This document shows positions 9,868 through 19,520 of a DNA stretch of 64,000 nucleotides, one piece after another. The translations under genes and the position numbers were made by a program. The DNA comes from Candidatus Bathyarchaeota archaeon. Lineage in GTDB: Archaea > Thermoproteota > Bathyarchaeia > 40CM-2-53-6. The DNA is taken from contig CAVTBR010000003.1 in NCBI GenBank assembly GCA_963733055.1, positions 352,001-416,000 on the forward strand. The letters are read 5' to 3'. Below the pieces are notes generated by a model, which saw only the letters and a list, made by a program, of their open reading frames with translations, did not search any database and was not told the DNA's origin. Positions within the stretch are counted from its first letter, which is position 1. Every line of letters begins with the position of its first letter.

Positions 9868-10383
9868 CTAGAGCCTAGGCGTTACCTCCCCACGTAGTTC
9901 CACCAAGGAGTGCTCAAGTTCCATGAGCCCCTTGGAGGTGATTCGATACCTACCTCGATCAGCGCGATCAATTTGGCCGGATCTCTGAAGCTGGACGAGT
10001 ACGTTTCTAATCGTCTTCGGAGCCCTGCCTATTCCAGTCGAAATCTCTTCAATGTTCAGTGAGTCTGACCCGCGCTTGCCCATCTTGCCGGCCAATTGGG
10101 CCATGAAGAGGAGGACCGTGATCGCTTTTTCAGCTGGTAGGTTAATTCTAGTTAGAAGCAGTTGTCCGGTAGATGTCATTCTTGCGAAATCGGTCACCTT
10201 GTCGGCGAGTCCAGCAAGATCGGGCACGTAGACAAGTTTCTTCGCAATATCGTATGCGGGAACGGCTTGAATGAGGAACTGCATAACTTGTGGCACGATT
10301 TCTTCGACCGACCCGCTGCCTTCATAGTGCATGCCCTCTGTGTCTATCTGCACTTTTACTTGCAAGGTTTCAGTTTGCGCCAT
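9868..10383 (-). CDS. Winged-helix protein, paralog A of unknown family
   Basis: C-terminal wHTH LNIEEISTGIGRAPKTIRNVLVQLQRSGQIDRADRGRYRITSKG. Confidence 0.85.
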   Translation of the reverse strand: MAQTETLQVKVQIDTEGMHYEGSGSVEEIVPQVMQFLIQAVPAYDIAKKLVYVPDLAGLADKVTDFARMTSTGQLLLTRINLPAEKAITVLLFMAQLAGKMGKRGSDSLNIEEISTGIGRAPKTIRNVLVQLQRSGQIDRADRGRYRITSKGLMELEHSLVELRGEVTPRL

Positions 10384-10387
10384 CTTC

Positions 10388-10920
10388 TCATTTCCCTAAG
10401 TTGGTTTTGAGTTTAGGAAGGACTTGTTCGCGAAATATGTGCAGGCCGAGAGTTGTCACCCGGTACTCCCCTTTTCCCTTTCTTTCCGCGAGGGTTTCAC
10501 CGCATAGTTCGCTAAGCCTGCCCGCCACTGTTCCGGCAGATTTCTTGGTCTGCGAAATCAGATCGGAGGATTGCACGAGATCTTTTTCCGATTTGCCCAG
10601 CATGTGCGCGATCGATGCCTTCGCTAAATGGAGAAGCAGAAGTTCGCGATCCGCCAGTTGATCAACTGGGGCCGTGACTACGACCCCTTCGGGGGTCACC
10701 GCAAAATTCCTTCGCAGGCTTTTGCCAGCTCGTTGATGTCCACCGATAGGGATAGGCGGGACGCGAGTTCGAGTTGAGGAATGGCCTTGTTGAGGAATGA
10801 GAGAACTTCTTGGGCGACCAGGTCTGGTGTGCCGGTAATTTTCTTTTCGAGAGTTCCGTATTTGATGATAACTTCTAGCGGATGTGCTAGGCTGGTGAGT
10901 TCCTGTTGGCCTTCCGGCAT
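10388..10920 (-). CDS. Winged-helix protein, paralog B, one base missing at about 10702
   Basis: Joining ORF 10696-10920 to the 3' part of 10388-11011 gives ...ACEGI(F)AVTPEG...TVAGRLSEL...GKGEYRVTTLG, colinear with paralogs A and C. Confidence 0.8.
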
Positions 10921-10979
10921 TTACTTTCATTTCACTTTCAATCCTATACAGTATAAAAGCTTTGAAGTGCGTAATAACC

Positions 10980-11067
10980 CTGCTAGGTGTTACTGTCTTC
11001 AGATTCGGCATTTTGTGCGGGTTCGAGCAAGATTGCGTCAGAATTGATAGTTCTGCTAGGTGTTACT
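10980..11067. promoter_or_regulatory. Two exact copies of CTGCTAGGTGTTACT (10980-10994, 11053-11067) between divergent wHTH genes; putative operators
   Basis: 15-bp perfect direct repeat with 73-bp period in a divergent intergenic region. Confidence 0.55.
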
Positions 11068-11152
11068 CATGTTCGGTTCAGCTCGATTCTGACGTGCAAG
11101 AGCACGGAAATGCAATGTTTTAAAGCATAATGGAGTAGAATTACCGTGCAAT

Positions 11153-11413
11153 TTGGAATATAATCAGTTGAAACGGGTTCTGCTTCGAGTTCTGGCGGAT
11201 AATGGGCCGTTGGATAGTCAGTCGCTTTTGCGCATCCTTTCCTCTGGGGAAGCACAATCTGAGATTCATGCCGTACGTATGGCGTTGATGCGCTACTACC
11301 GGCAAGGCCTGTTGAAGCGTGTTCGCAGCGGCGGGCAGTTCACTTACTCGCTGACGGAGCGTGGTATTCGGCGACTTGAATGGCTTGAGAGTCAGCAGGT
11401 AAGATCGAATTGA
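11153..11413 (+). CDS. Small winged-helix transcriptional regulator (BlaI/PaaX-N-like)
   Basis: AVRMALMRYYRQGLLKR...FTYSLTERG wing motif, 86 aa. Confidence 0.8.
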   Translation: MEYNQLKRVLLRVLADNGPLDSQSLLRILSSGEAQSEIHAVRMALMRYYRQGLLKRVRSGGQFTYSLTERGIRRLEWLESQQVRSN

Positions 11414-11536
11414 AACTCCCACCATATCCCGGATGAGTTTCATCAAATTATTAGAGTCATGAACAATGGACCACTCTTCCACTCGGTGGAAATAGGCTTA
11501 ACCGCTTTTCCATTCGCTCGATTTATGGCGTTGAAC

Positions 11537-12133
11537 ATGAACAAAACTACACTAACAATTGTCGGAGCTGCGCTCGTTGCAATTCTCAGTCTAGGATACG
11601 CTGGATATACAATGTCAACTCCACACATGGCGACTCTAACTCAGCAGCAGTATGTGACGAATACTCAAAATTTCTACAGCACACAGACTCAAACCGTAAC
11701 CGCGACTAACACAGTGACCTCCGCCGCCGCCATAACTAATGCTGCGGTCAATTTGAACGGCGGCGGCCCTGGGTACTACCAGACATGTGGCTACTGGGGA
11801 TGTTCCCCTGCCCAAGGCTACACATACACACCATGCACTCCAGTAGGAGGCTACGGTAGCAACCAAGTAACGTGTTACGGCTATCTGATCCAAAACGGGA
11901 ACGGATGCACGCAACTTTCAGTTCGGACTACCGACCCTAACTATTGGGCCTCAGGCATCCAATACGTACATTTCGCTTTGCAAAACTTGCCAGCATCATC
12001 CCCGCCTATTGGAAGCTGGGTTAACGTAATCGGACAACTGTCCATCACCAACACAAACCTCTCCGCCGCCAACTCTGCCTGCTCCCCGAACACTCTCACC
12101 GTTAGCTCCATAGCACCTACTTCAGCTCCATAG
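11537..12133 (+). CDS. Membrane-anchored secreted protein, Thr-rich linker, Cys/Tyr/Gly-rich segment, probable OB-like C-terminal domain
   Basis: N-terminal TM, TQTQTVTATNT linker, GYYQTCGYWGC, GSWVNVIGQL; start uncertain (ORF open from 11459). Confidence 0.75.
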   Translation: MNKTTLTIVGAALVAILSLGYAGYTMSTPHMATLTQQQYVTNTQNFYSTQTQTVTATNTVTSAAAITNAAVNLNGGGPGYYQTCGYWGCSPAQGYTYTPCTPVGGYGSNQVTCYGYLIQNGNGCTQLSVRTTDPNYWASGIQYVHFALQNLPASSPPIGSWVNVIGQLSITNTNLSAANSACSPNTLTVSSIAPTSAP

Positions 12134-12243
12134 AGCACTCCACTCCGAACAATCGTCTAACACGTTCCCGAGCCCGCGTTCGGGGACGCCCCTACTTTTT
12201 CTTCTCAAAGCTTTCAGTCGACGAATGGTTTCTGGGGAATACG

Positions 12244-12315
12244 AGTATTGTTAGCGCATTAAGTACTTCATATTATTATCAGTACTTGATAGTACTCCTA
12301 GGCCTCATCAGTACT
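12244..12315. repeat. Cluster of AGTACT palindromes (12262, 12281, 12291, 12310, plus AGTATT at 12244)
   Basis: Four exact hexamers within 54 bp, spacing 19/10/19. Confidence 0.6.
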
Positions 12316-12805
12316 ATGCAGCAGGTCTCAACTTGGGAAGTACATCTTGGCCGATCCATTGTAGCCCTGCCCCTGAAAGTGAATACTTGCCTTGTTCAGC
12401 GATAAGTTTGCCTTCCTTTCTCAACTCACTAACCCTCGCGCGAACAACGTTGTCCTTAACGGCCTTCCAGCTTGTTCCGAGGAGCTCGATCAGCTTGGCA
12501 TCTTCGATCGGTGCGGGATTACTGCCGTATAGTATGATGCCGATGGCTTCTTTCGCCGAAATCTTATCAAATGGTATTGTGAAATGAAGCTTACCTTCCG
12601 CAGTAGTCTCAAGAATACCGGCAAGTTCCTCTCCAGGAGCGAAAGCCTGGCCCGATTGATCGCCCAAAGCTTGCACTCCACCTGTCGGCACGGGTTGTGA
12701 TCGCATTAGCTCTTCGAATTTTCCTTGCACGTAGTCGAATTCACCTTCGAGCTCGACCTCGAAGTTGCCACGGCGAATCCTGAAACGTAACTTGCGTTCA
12801 GACAA
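12314..12805 (-). CDS. Winged-helix protein, paralog C
   Basis: N-terminal LRFRIRRGNFEVELEG, GILETTAEG, wHTH VVRARVSELRKEG...KYSLSGAG, ends VLPKL like paralog B. Confidence 0.85.
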   Translation of the reverse strand: MSERKLRFRIRRGNFEVELEGEFDYVQGKFEELMRSQPVPTGGVQALGDQSGQAFAPGEELAGILETTAEGKLHFTIPFDKISAKEAIGIILYGSNPAPIEDAKLIELLGTSWKAVKDNVVRARVSELRKEGKLIAEQGKYSLSGAGLQWIGQDVLPKLRPAA

Positions 12806-13386
12806 TTTGACTCACTGTAATCACACCTAGACGGTTATTTCATACTTGCGAGTCATAGGCCATGCCTTCCGAAACGTACCGGTCAATAATCTATCCTAGA
12901 AGCACTAACGGTTCAGCCCATTACTCAAAAGCGCGTTGTAAAACTCTCAGATATCGAGGAGAATTCTCCGTCGATATTTCCGCATCAGGAATGGTCCTGT
13001 GTGGGAATCTTCAGGATCTCACAAATGAGACATAAGAACGACCGCAAGAAGGAAACTCGACAGCCATGTAATCTGAGGCAGCCGGTGTAGTACACTCCGA
13101 CTCTTCGGCAAATGTGAGCAAAGCGGCTCATCTTGCGTTGATAAGACCACGTTAGGTTGATGAAACTGATAAGATTCGATAAGCTCTGATATTTGTTGCA
13201 TAAATTATTATCAGGGACCAATCCGACTACGTGTAGTAGTTGAAGGAACATTATGAAGCGGGCCGGCGAATAATGGGTTGATTAGAGCAGCTATAGGTTC
13301 GGTGGACTTCCGTAATTCATCGTCGGTGTTCGCTGAACCAGAGGGAAGAGACCGGCTAAGCATTGTCGATGGGCGGGGTGCGGATC

Positions 13387-15528
13387 ATGCGTGAGCGATG
13401 GGCGACCGCCCTCCTGATAGGTCTCTCAATTCTGGCCCTTGCCCAGGCTTTGCCGTACATGTCTCAAGCCAGTTACGGCACGACCCCAGCCCATGTATTT
13501 GCGCAAGTCTTCCCGCTTCAAACCGTTAGTGGCACGACTCAAAACGGCGCAACCGCTACAGGTAGTACCGCTACCGGAACAACCGCAACCGGTACACCTG
13601 CTACGGGCACAACCGCTACGGGTTCAACTGTGTCCACGGACCCGATAACTACCACGGCTACGGGCACGACCGCTACGGGTACGACAGCTACAGGTACTAC
13701 CGCAACGGGTACAACTGCAACCGGTACGACCGCTACAGGGACGACAGTATCTACGACTTCGATAACTACGACGGCGACAGGTACTACGGCTACGGGTACA
13801 ACCGCGACGGGGACTACGGCTACAGGGACGACCGCTACTGGTACGACTGCAACCGGCACAACTGCAACGGGTACTACAGCGTCAACGACGACGACCGTCC
13901 CAATTGTTAGTGTAACCGTCGACTCTATTCCCCATGGCATGGGAGCAGTTATGGTGGATGGGAGTCCGATTACGACGCCCACCGTATTCAGTTTCCAAAG
14001 TGGTTCTATGCACACACTGTCTGCAGTCAGCTCTTTGAGTTGTGGGATGTCGTGCCAGTGGACGTTTCAGTCGTGGTCAGACGGTGGCGGACAGACTCAC
14101 ACTATCACTGTTCCCAATTCACCCGCGACATATACCGCCACATTCCAGCAACAGTATCTCCTAACAATACAATCCAATGCTGGAGGCACAGTAGCTCCGC
14201 CGACTGGATACCAGAACGCAAATGCCGTGATACCGATACTCGCCACTCCTAACAGTGGCTTCACCTTTGTGTCGTGGAGTGGTTCTGGTTCAGGTTCGTT
14301 TAGTGGCACCTCGTCCTCCGCCTCGGTCACAATGAACGGCCCGATCACAGAAACCGCGTCTTTCGCTCCGACAAGCAATGTGCAGATAACAGTGACATCC
14401 TCGCCCACAAGCACCGGCACCATACAGGTCGACGGTTCGTTCATAAACACCCCGCAGACCTACACTTGGACCCCAGGAACAACACACGCCCTCTTCGCAA
14501 CATTCAACCCGCCATGCAGCTACAACTGCCAAGCGACGTTTTTGTACTGGTCTTCGCCGAGCATCGGAACGATCAATTCGCAGTCAATTACATACACTGT
14601 GCCGTCTTCGACGGAAACGGTCACTGCAACTTATCGAATAACTCAAAACGCGGTCTCGATAACCATAGCATCAGTCCCATCTGGTCTGAACTCAATAATC
14701 GTCGACGGAAACCAAGTCACAACTTCACAAACATTCAGCTGGACCATTGGTAGCACGCATACTTTGACGGCGAATCAGTATTGTGGAGTTGCGGGATGCC
14801 CGACTGTGTTGAGGTATTGGCAGTCTTCGAGCATAGGCACAATCAACGCGGCATCGTTCACCTACACAGTCCCAAGTTACTCTGAGACCGTGACCGCCTA
14901 CTACCAGTCGTCACAGAACGTACCCATAGTGGTCACGGAAATTCCGAGCGGAAGCGGGCCAATCGTAGTGGATGGGACGCCGATCATCGTTCCGCAAACA
15001 TTCTACTGGGCTTCAGGAAGTACCCACACGCTCTCGGCCCAAGGCGGTTACAGGCAATTCGTGAGCTGGGGTTCGCCGAGCATCGGCTCTGTCAACGCGA
15101 ACACCATAACATACGTTGTCCCGTATACGGGGGAAACGGTGGCGGCATACTACATCGTCCCCGCGCCCGGAAACCTGATCCCGATAACTGTAACCACAAG
15201 CGTTAGTGGTCCGACGGTAGCCATAGATGGCATCGTGACTTCAACGCCACACACATACTTCTGGCCTGCGGGATCACAGCACACGGTCTCTACATCAAAT
15301 GTAAACTGTCAACCGAGCGGTTGCCAGATTCAGTTCAACAGTTGGACTTCTCCGAGCATCGGCACAACGTACACGGGTACGATAACGTACACTGTACCTT
15401 TCGCCGGAGAAACGGTCACTGGTAACTTCACGCAGTTCACTCCAGTCCCTGAGTTCAATGGAGTAGCTGTAGTCGTCGTCTCAGCGCTGGCAACCGCCCT
15501 ATACGTCCTGAAGCGCCGGCGTCGGTAA
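13387..15528 (+). CDS. Cell-surface protein: TTATG repeat tract, about 5 Ig-like repeats plus an InlB-B-like repeat, PEF-CTERM-type sorting signal
   Basis: Signal peptide; repeated VDG...TP.TF.W..GS.HTL.A modules; C-terminal VPEF-TM-KRRRR; start uncertain (13363/13387). Confidence 0.88.
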   Translation: MRERWATALLIGLSILALAQALPYMSQASYGTTPAHVFAQVFPLQTVSGTTQNGATATGSTATGTTATGTPATGTTATGSTVSTDPITTTATGTTATGTTATGTTATGTTATGTTATGTTVSTTSITTTATGTTATGTTATGTTATGTTATGTTATGTTATGTTASTTTTVPIVSVTVDSIPHGMGAVMVDGSPITTPTVFSFQSGSMHTLSAVSSLSCGMSCQWTFQSWSDGGGQTHTITVPNSPATYTATFQQQYLLTIQSNAGGTVAPPTGYQNANAVIPILATPNSGFTFVSWSGSGSGSFSGTSSSASVTMNGPITETASFAPTSNVQITVTSSPTSTGTIQVDGSFINTPQTYTWTPGTTHALFATFNPPCSYNCQATFLYWSSPSIGTINSQSITYTVPSSTETVTATYRITQNAVSITIASVPSGLNSIIVDGNQVTTSQTFSWTIGSTHTLTANQYCGVAGCPTVLRYWQSSSIGTINAASFTYTVPSYSETVTAYYQSSQNVPIVVTEIPSGSGPIVVDGTPIIVPQTFYWASGSTHTLSAQGGYRQFVSWGSPSIGSVNANTITYVVPYTGETVAAYYIVPAPGNLIPITVTTSVSGPTVAIDGIVTSTPHTYFWPAGSQHTVSTSNVNCQPSGCQIQFNSWTSPSIGTTYTGTITYTVPFAGETVTGNFTQFTPVPEFNGVAVVVVSALATALYVLKRRRR
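13549..13872 (+). repeat. Coding pentapeptide repeat (TTATG), about 18 copies in blocks of 5, 6 and 7
   Basis: 15-bp period with heavily varied synonymous codons. Confidence 0.9.
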
Positions 15529-15673
15529 AGCACGGGCCGCATCAAACGGAACAGTTTCAGCCTTAGGTTTAGAAACACTGACTTTGACGGCGTAACGCCT
15601 GTTTTAGGAGCCCGTCGAACCGAAGCCCACAATTGAAATATCGAGATGAGATTGTTGAGGGACCGGTATTAAT

Positions 15674-15769
15674 GCGGCCGTAGTCTAGTCTGGTCTAGGA
15701 CATTGCCTTATGCGCGTCCACTGGCCTTCCAAGCCAACGACCCGGGTCCGAATCCCGGCGGCCGCACCA
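15674..15769 (+). tRNA. tRNA-Gly(TCC) with 18-nt non-canonical intron (15704-15721, position 27/28), encoded CCA
   Basis: Acceptor GCGGCCG/CGGCCGC; removing the intron restores anticodon stem TTGGC/GCCAA; GGAC/GTCC central helix with 3-nt bulges ATT and ACT. Confidence 0.92.
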
Positions 15770-15913
15770 ACACATCCACACACACTTGTCTAATGACGAA
15801 CGACGACGGTCCGAATGCCAACGGCCGCGCCAGTAATACCACTCACGCCGAAAACGGGTGACGTTATCTTCAGGGGCTAAATTCTTGTCGCTGTCACCAA
15901 TGTCCACGTGATT

Positions 15914-16357
15914 TCAGCCGGGTTCTCGTGTCGCCCTACGTTTGATAAACAGATACGCGACCGCTATCAGGATTACGAGTAAGAATAGGCTCAACGGGTA
16001 TTCAGGAATGGCCAATGGTATTCCGAGAATAATTATGACGGTAACAAAGTTAGAGATGAGCAGAGAGCTGGTTCCCGAAAGCGTATCACAAGATCCACTG
16101 CTAGACGTACTCGTTATTTGGAAGGAAGATATTGTGGAAACGGCACTCAAGCCGGGAACTTGCGTGGACGAAGTTGATGTTGTCACTGTCGTGGTCGTAG
16201 TGGAGGTTGTTGATGTGCTGACGAAATTGGAGCAGGTGAAGGTCTGCGCGGGAGCAAATGACCTCCCGTTAGGAATCATAGTTGTCGCCAAGCCCAAGAC
16301 GACTACCACAAGAAGGACATACTTGACCCAAACCGTTCCGACCCTCACAAACCGCAC
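15914..16357 (-). CDS. Small Thr/Ser-rich membrane protein with IPEY-TM-KRR tail (PEF-CTERM-like)
   Basis: N-terminal TM, S/T-rich loop with a Cys pair, TM, IPEYP, TM, KRR. Confidence 0.7.
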   Translation of the reverse strand: MRFVRVGTVWVKYVLLVVVVLGLATTMIPNGRSFAPAQTFTCSNFVSTSTTSTTTTTVTTSTSSTQVPGLSAVSTISSFQITSTSSSGSCDTLSGTSSLLISNFVTVIIILGIPLAIPEYPLSLFLLVILIAVAYLFIKRRATREPG

Positions 16358-16552
16358 CCCTAACAGAGGAAGCCGGTGTATAACCCTAATAAGACTTCGG
16401 ACGGTCTCGGATAACGCTTCACAAACATTAAGATTAAGCCGACAGAGAATGGGTAAGCACCTATCTCCAACCCAACATTCAACCCAGCATAATTCCCTCC
16501 CTCACAGATTTGAAACTAATAGACTGAAATTCCGTTCAGCTAGCGACCTTAG

Positions 16553-18833
16553 TTAAGTAACGTTGATCCTGACGGTTGCCTTAGTTGGCAAGTATTGTGT
16601 TGTGCCAAAATCACCCAGAAAGAACACATCCACATTGTATGGGCCTGGAGTTGGGGGTGCGCTCGCCGTATACGAGTACCCGCCCGTCGAGTTCGTTGTC
16701 GCGGTCACTATAGCGGTGCTCCAGCTGAATACGAGAACTATTGTTTCTCCTCCCTTTCCGCTACCGTTCGCGGTAAGATCTCCGGATACCGTGAACGTGC
16801 TTCCATGGGATGGGTTCGGGGGTGTTGACAAAGCCGTTACGGAAGTGGAGGCTGGGTTCGATAAGGACCCAATCTTAAGATTCAATGTGATGTTGCCTGG
16901 TCCAAAGAATATAGTTAGGGTAGGGTCATTCGATCCTGAACAGGTCAAGTCGCCCGTGCAGCTCCAACTGGAAATCGTGAAACCTGATGGCACATAGCAA
17001 GCTGGGACCATACCGTAGCTGGTGCTGAAGATTGAGGAACCATTTCCCTCTCCCGTTCCTGCGCATGACTCCCAATTGATTACCGCAGCCGAGTTTGAAG
17101 GGCTGATCATGAAAGTGATTTTGGCGCGGTAGACGGCGGTTAACGATCCGCCGGCTGTTGCGGTTGTGCAGCTTGCTGTATTGCTTGAGGTGGTACAGCT
17201 TACTGCACCAGCCCATGTCCATTGGTCAAATTGCCAACCGGTCGAGGGTGAGGGTAGGTTTGCTGTGGCCATGAAACTGGCGTTACAGATTGCTGATTGG
17301 CTGTCATTGAATGTTCCACCGCAAGCTTTGATTGAGCCCGGCAAAGTTGCGCCTGGAAATGTTGGTGGAGTCGTGTGAAATATGACCGTCATTGGTTGAC
17401 GGTAAGCTCGTACTTGTCGGTTGGCCGTGACGAAGATCGCTCCGTCACCCGCGCTTACCGAGTTGAAATGCGTCGGGGGAGACCCAATCGAGTCTGTGAA
17501 CAGTTGTGTCCCGCTGGTCAGGTTGAAACGCGTAAATCTTCCCATGGCTAACATCCACATCCCATACGGCGTTGCCTGCAACGATAGGCGGACCGGTAAA
17601 GTAAGTGGGGCCACGCCAAGCGACAGAGAAGGATGGGCTGGAGCCGAGAGTCACCTGCAGCGCTACAAGGCCATTGTTGCACGGAACTATCAGGTACGGG
17701 GAGAAGTAAGCCAAACCGCCGAACGCTCCGCCACCGCTATTGCACACTTGGGTAGAGTAGAGTTCTCCTCCGATTCCGCCTAGGTGGGTAGCGTTAAGCA
17801 CGTCGCCGACGCCTTCCTTGCCGATTTGAAAGAGGTAGCTCGAGCTGAGAGTGACTGGTTCAGTGGATCCCAGATCAAGATCGCCACCGTTAAGCGCGGC
17901 CCAGTTTGAGGGAGCAAAATAATCGATCATGGTTATGGGAGGGTTTGTGGCTGGAGAGAGTTTTAGCACGGCGTCTCCGTAGTCGAATGTCGAGGTGGAA
18001 AAACTGTTACCTGTAGCAACCAGCAGGTTGCCTGTCTGGTCTACGACGGGACCGTCTCCTCCTCCCCATATTGCGCCTGCATTGCCAGTTGGAACTTGGT
18101 AACCGAATACAGGGCCTTCCCCGTTAGTGCTAGTCGCCGCAAGTCGACCGTGGTACGACCCGCAATCTCCATCCAACCCACCGTAAGGAACGTACACATA
18201 CCCATTAGCCAAAGCCAAGGCGCCTCTCTGTTGCTGAACGGTAGGGTCGGAGCCGGACGGGTCGATGCCCATTTGGAATTTTACCGCTCCGGTATCCAGG
18301 TCAACTGCGAATAATTGATGGTGTAAGGAGGGAGACGCTAGGAACGCTACGACGAATATCGTTCTTCCGGCGACATCAATGACTGGGGTCCCGGTTATGC
18401 CGGATGGGTTTATGTCGCCGCAGAGAAGCACCGCCCCATTGACTGGAGTTCCAAGATTCCTGGTCCATAGAATCTGGCCAGTGGCCGCGTTTAATTCGTA
18501 TATGGAGTTTTCTTCCGTCGCGACTACCACATCCGCTCCGACGACCAAAGGCTCGGCGTACACGTCCCCATCTAGGGTTGTTGATGTCCAATTTAGCTGA
18601 ACGGAGGAGGTGAATTGAGGAAAGTTCGGGTCGTAACCGGACCTGAGCATGTCTCTATGATAGGTTGGCCAGTCGTCGGACGTTGGATCTTGAGGCACAA
18701 TGGTCTGCTGAGGTTTGATGGTTCCCATAACCGCGCCATGATAGTATACCATGGTTTGGGCGACAAGAATAGCTACAAGGATCACTGCTATTGTTATGGA
18801 ATTCGAGGATGGGCGCAGCAGAGATTCCTTCAC
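16553..18833 (-). CDS. Secreted PQQ-like beta-propeller protein with C-terminal Ig-like domains, +1 frameshift at about 17527
   Basis: DWPTYHRD...R.G, YAEPLV, GITGTPVID, DLDLGS motifs; removing one base joins HGKIYAF to NLTSGTQLF. Confidence 0.82.
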
Positions 18834-19019
18834 GTTAACAGTCCTTAAAGTGACTGGCAATTTATAAAAACAATGAGTCGGGAACTTAGCTGAATACACG
18901 AAGATGAACGCCTGAAATGGGCATCACTCAGGCAGAATACGATCTGCCAGGTGCAAGACTTTCACATCCGCGAGTCTGTGGGTCGGGTATGTAGAAACCT
19001 AAAGCATTGGGCGATAGCG

Positions 19020-19255
19020 GTATCCTTTGAGGGGGCGATTTCGAAATCGAACAGGTCTTGCCACTTCAACACTCCTTATTGGAATAACTTCGGATCACCC
19101 CATTCCATTAATCGGAAGTAACGCTCAAAGTTGGCTTCGACCCAACTGTCAACGTATTTCAGGCCGTCAGGGAACATTCGACCGCGTTCTCGGGAACGGG
19201 TGTATAAGGCGCGAGCGTTCCTGCTCTTGAACCGTTCAATCACCATGAAGAGCAT
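19020..19255 (-). pseudogene. DUF3303-family protein with premature TAA at 19076-19078
   Basis: MLFMVIERF...GRMFPDGLKYVDSWVEANF; homologous-looking WQDLFDFEI continues in frame after the stop; 3' boundary approximate. Confidence 0.65.
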
Positions 19256-19520
19256 ACAACCGCACAGCCCTTTTTGTTTCAAGTGGACTAATCTATCTTT
19301 TCTTCATCAGGCATGTCTCAAGGAATGCGGTATAGGATTTCGCAACTTGGACGCCAAGCATGATGTATCGAAACTTTTCTCATGTTCTCAAGCTCAAGGA
19401 ATGGCTCTTCGGCGTTGCGGTTTTCACATTTCTTGAGTTTCCAAATGTGCTTCAGTAACCCGTAGTTGGAAAACTTCCAAACGCTTAATTGCCTCTCGGG
19501 TTGAATGCCGCTGGCGTCGG

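Noticed and set aside
8668-10920. Programmed ribosomal frameshifting or true pseudogenisation of nurA and wHTH-B
   Set aside because: No slippery heptamers or stimulatory structures; motifs otherwise intact; CGCG context points to sequencing error
10921-11011. N-terminus of the 207-aa ORF 10388-11011
   Set aside because: Low-complexity out-of-frame extension created by the frameshift; real N-terminus is the 10920 ATG frame
13539-14015. Minus-strand ORF with (VAVVP)n repeat
   Set aside because: Antisense shadow of the TTATG repeat in the surface protein
19076-19078. Stop-codon recoding (Sec/Pyl) in the DUF3303 gene
   Set aside because: Stop is TAA, which is not used for Sec or Pyl
15770-19300. 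Integrated element at tRNA-Gly
   Set aside because: No integrase and no duplicated tRNA 3' end (att site) found by eye
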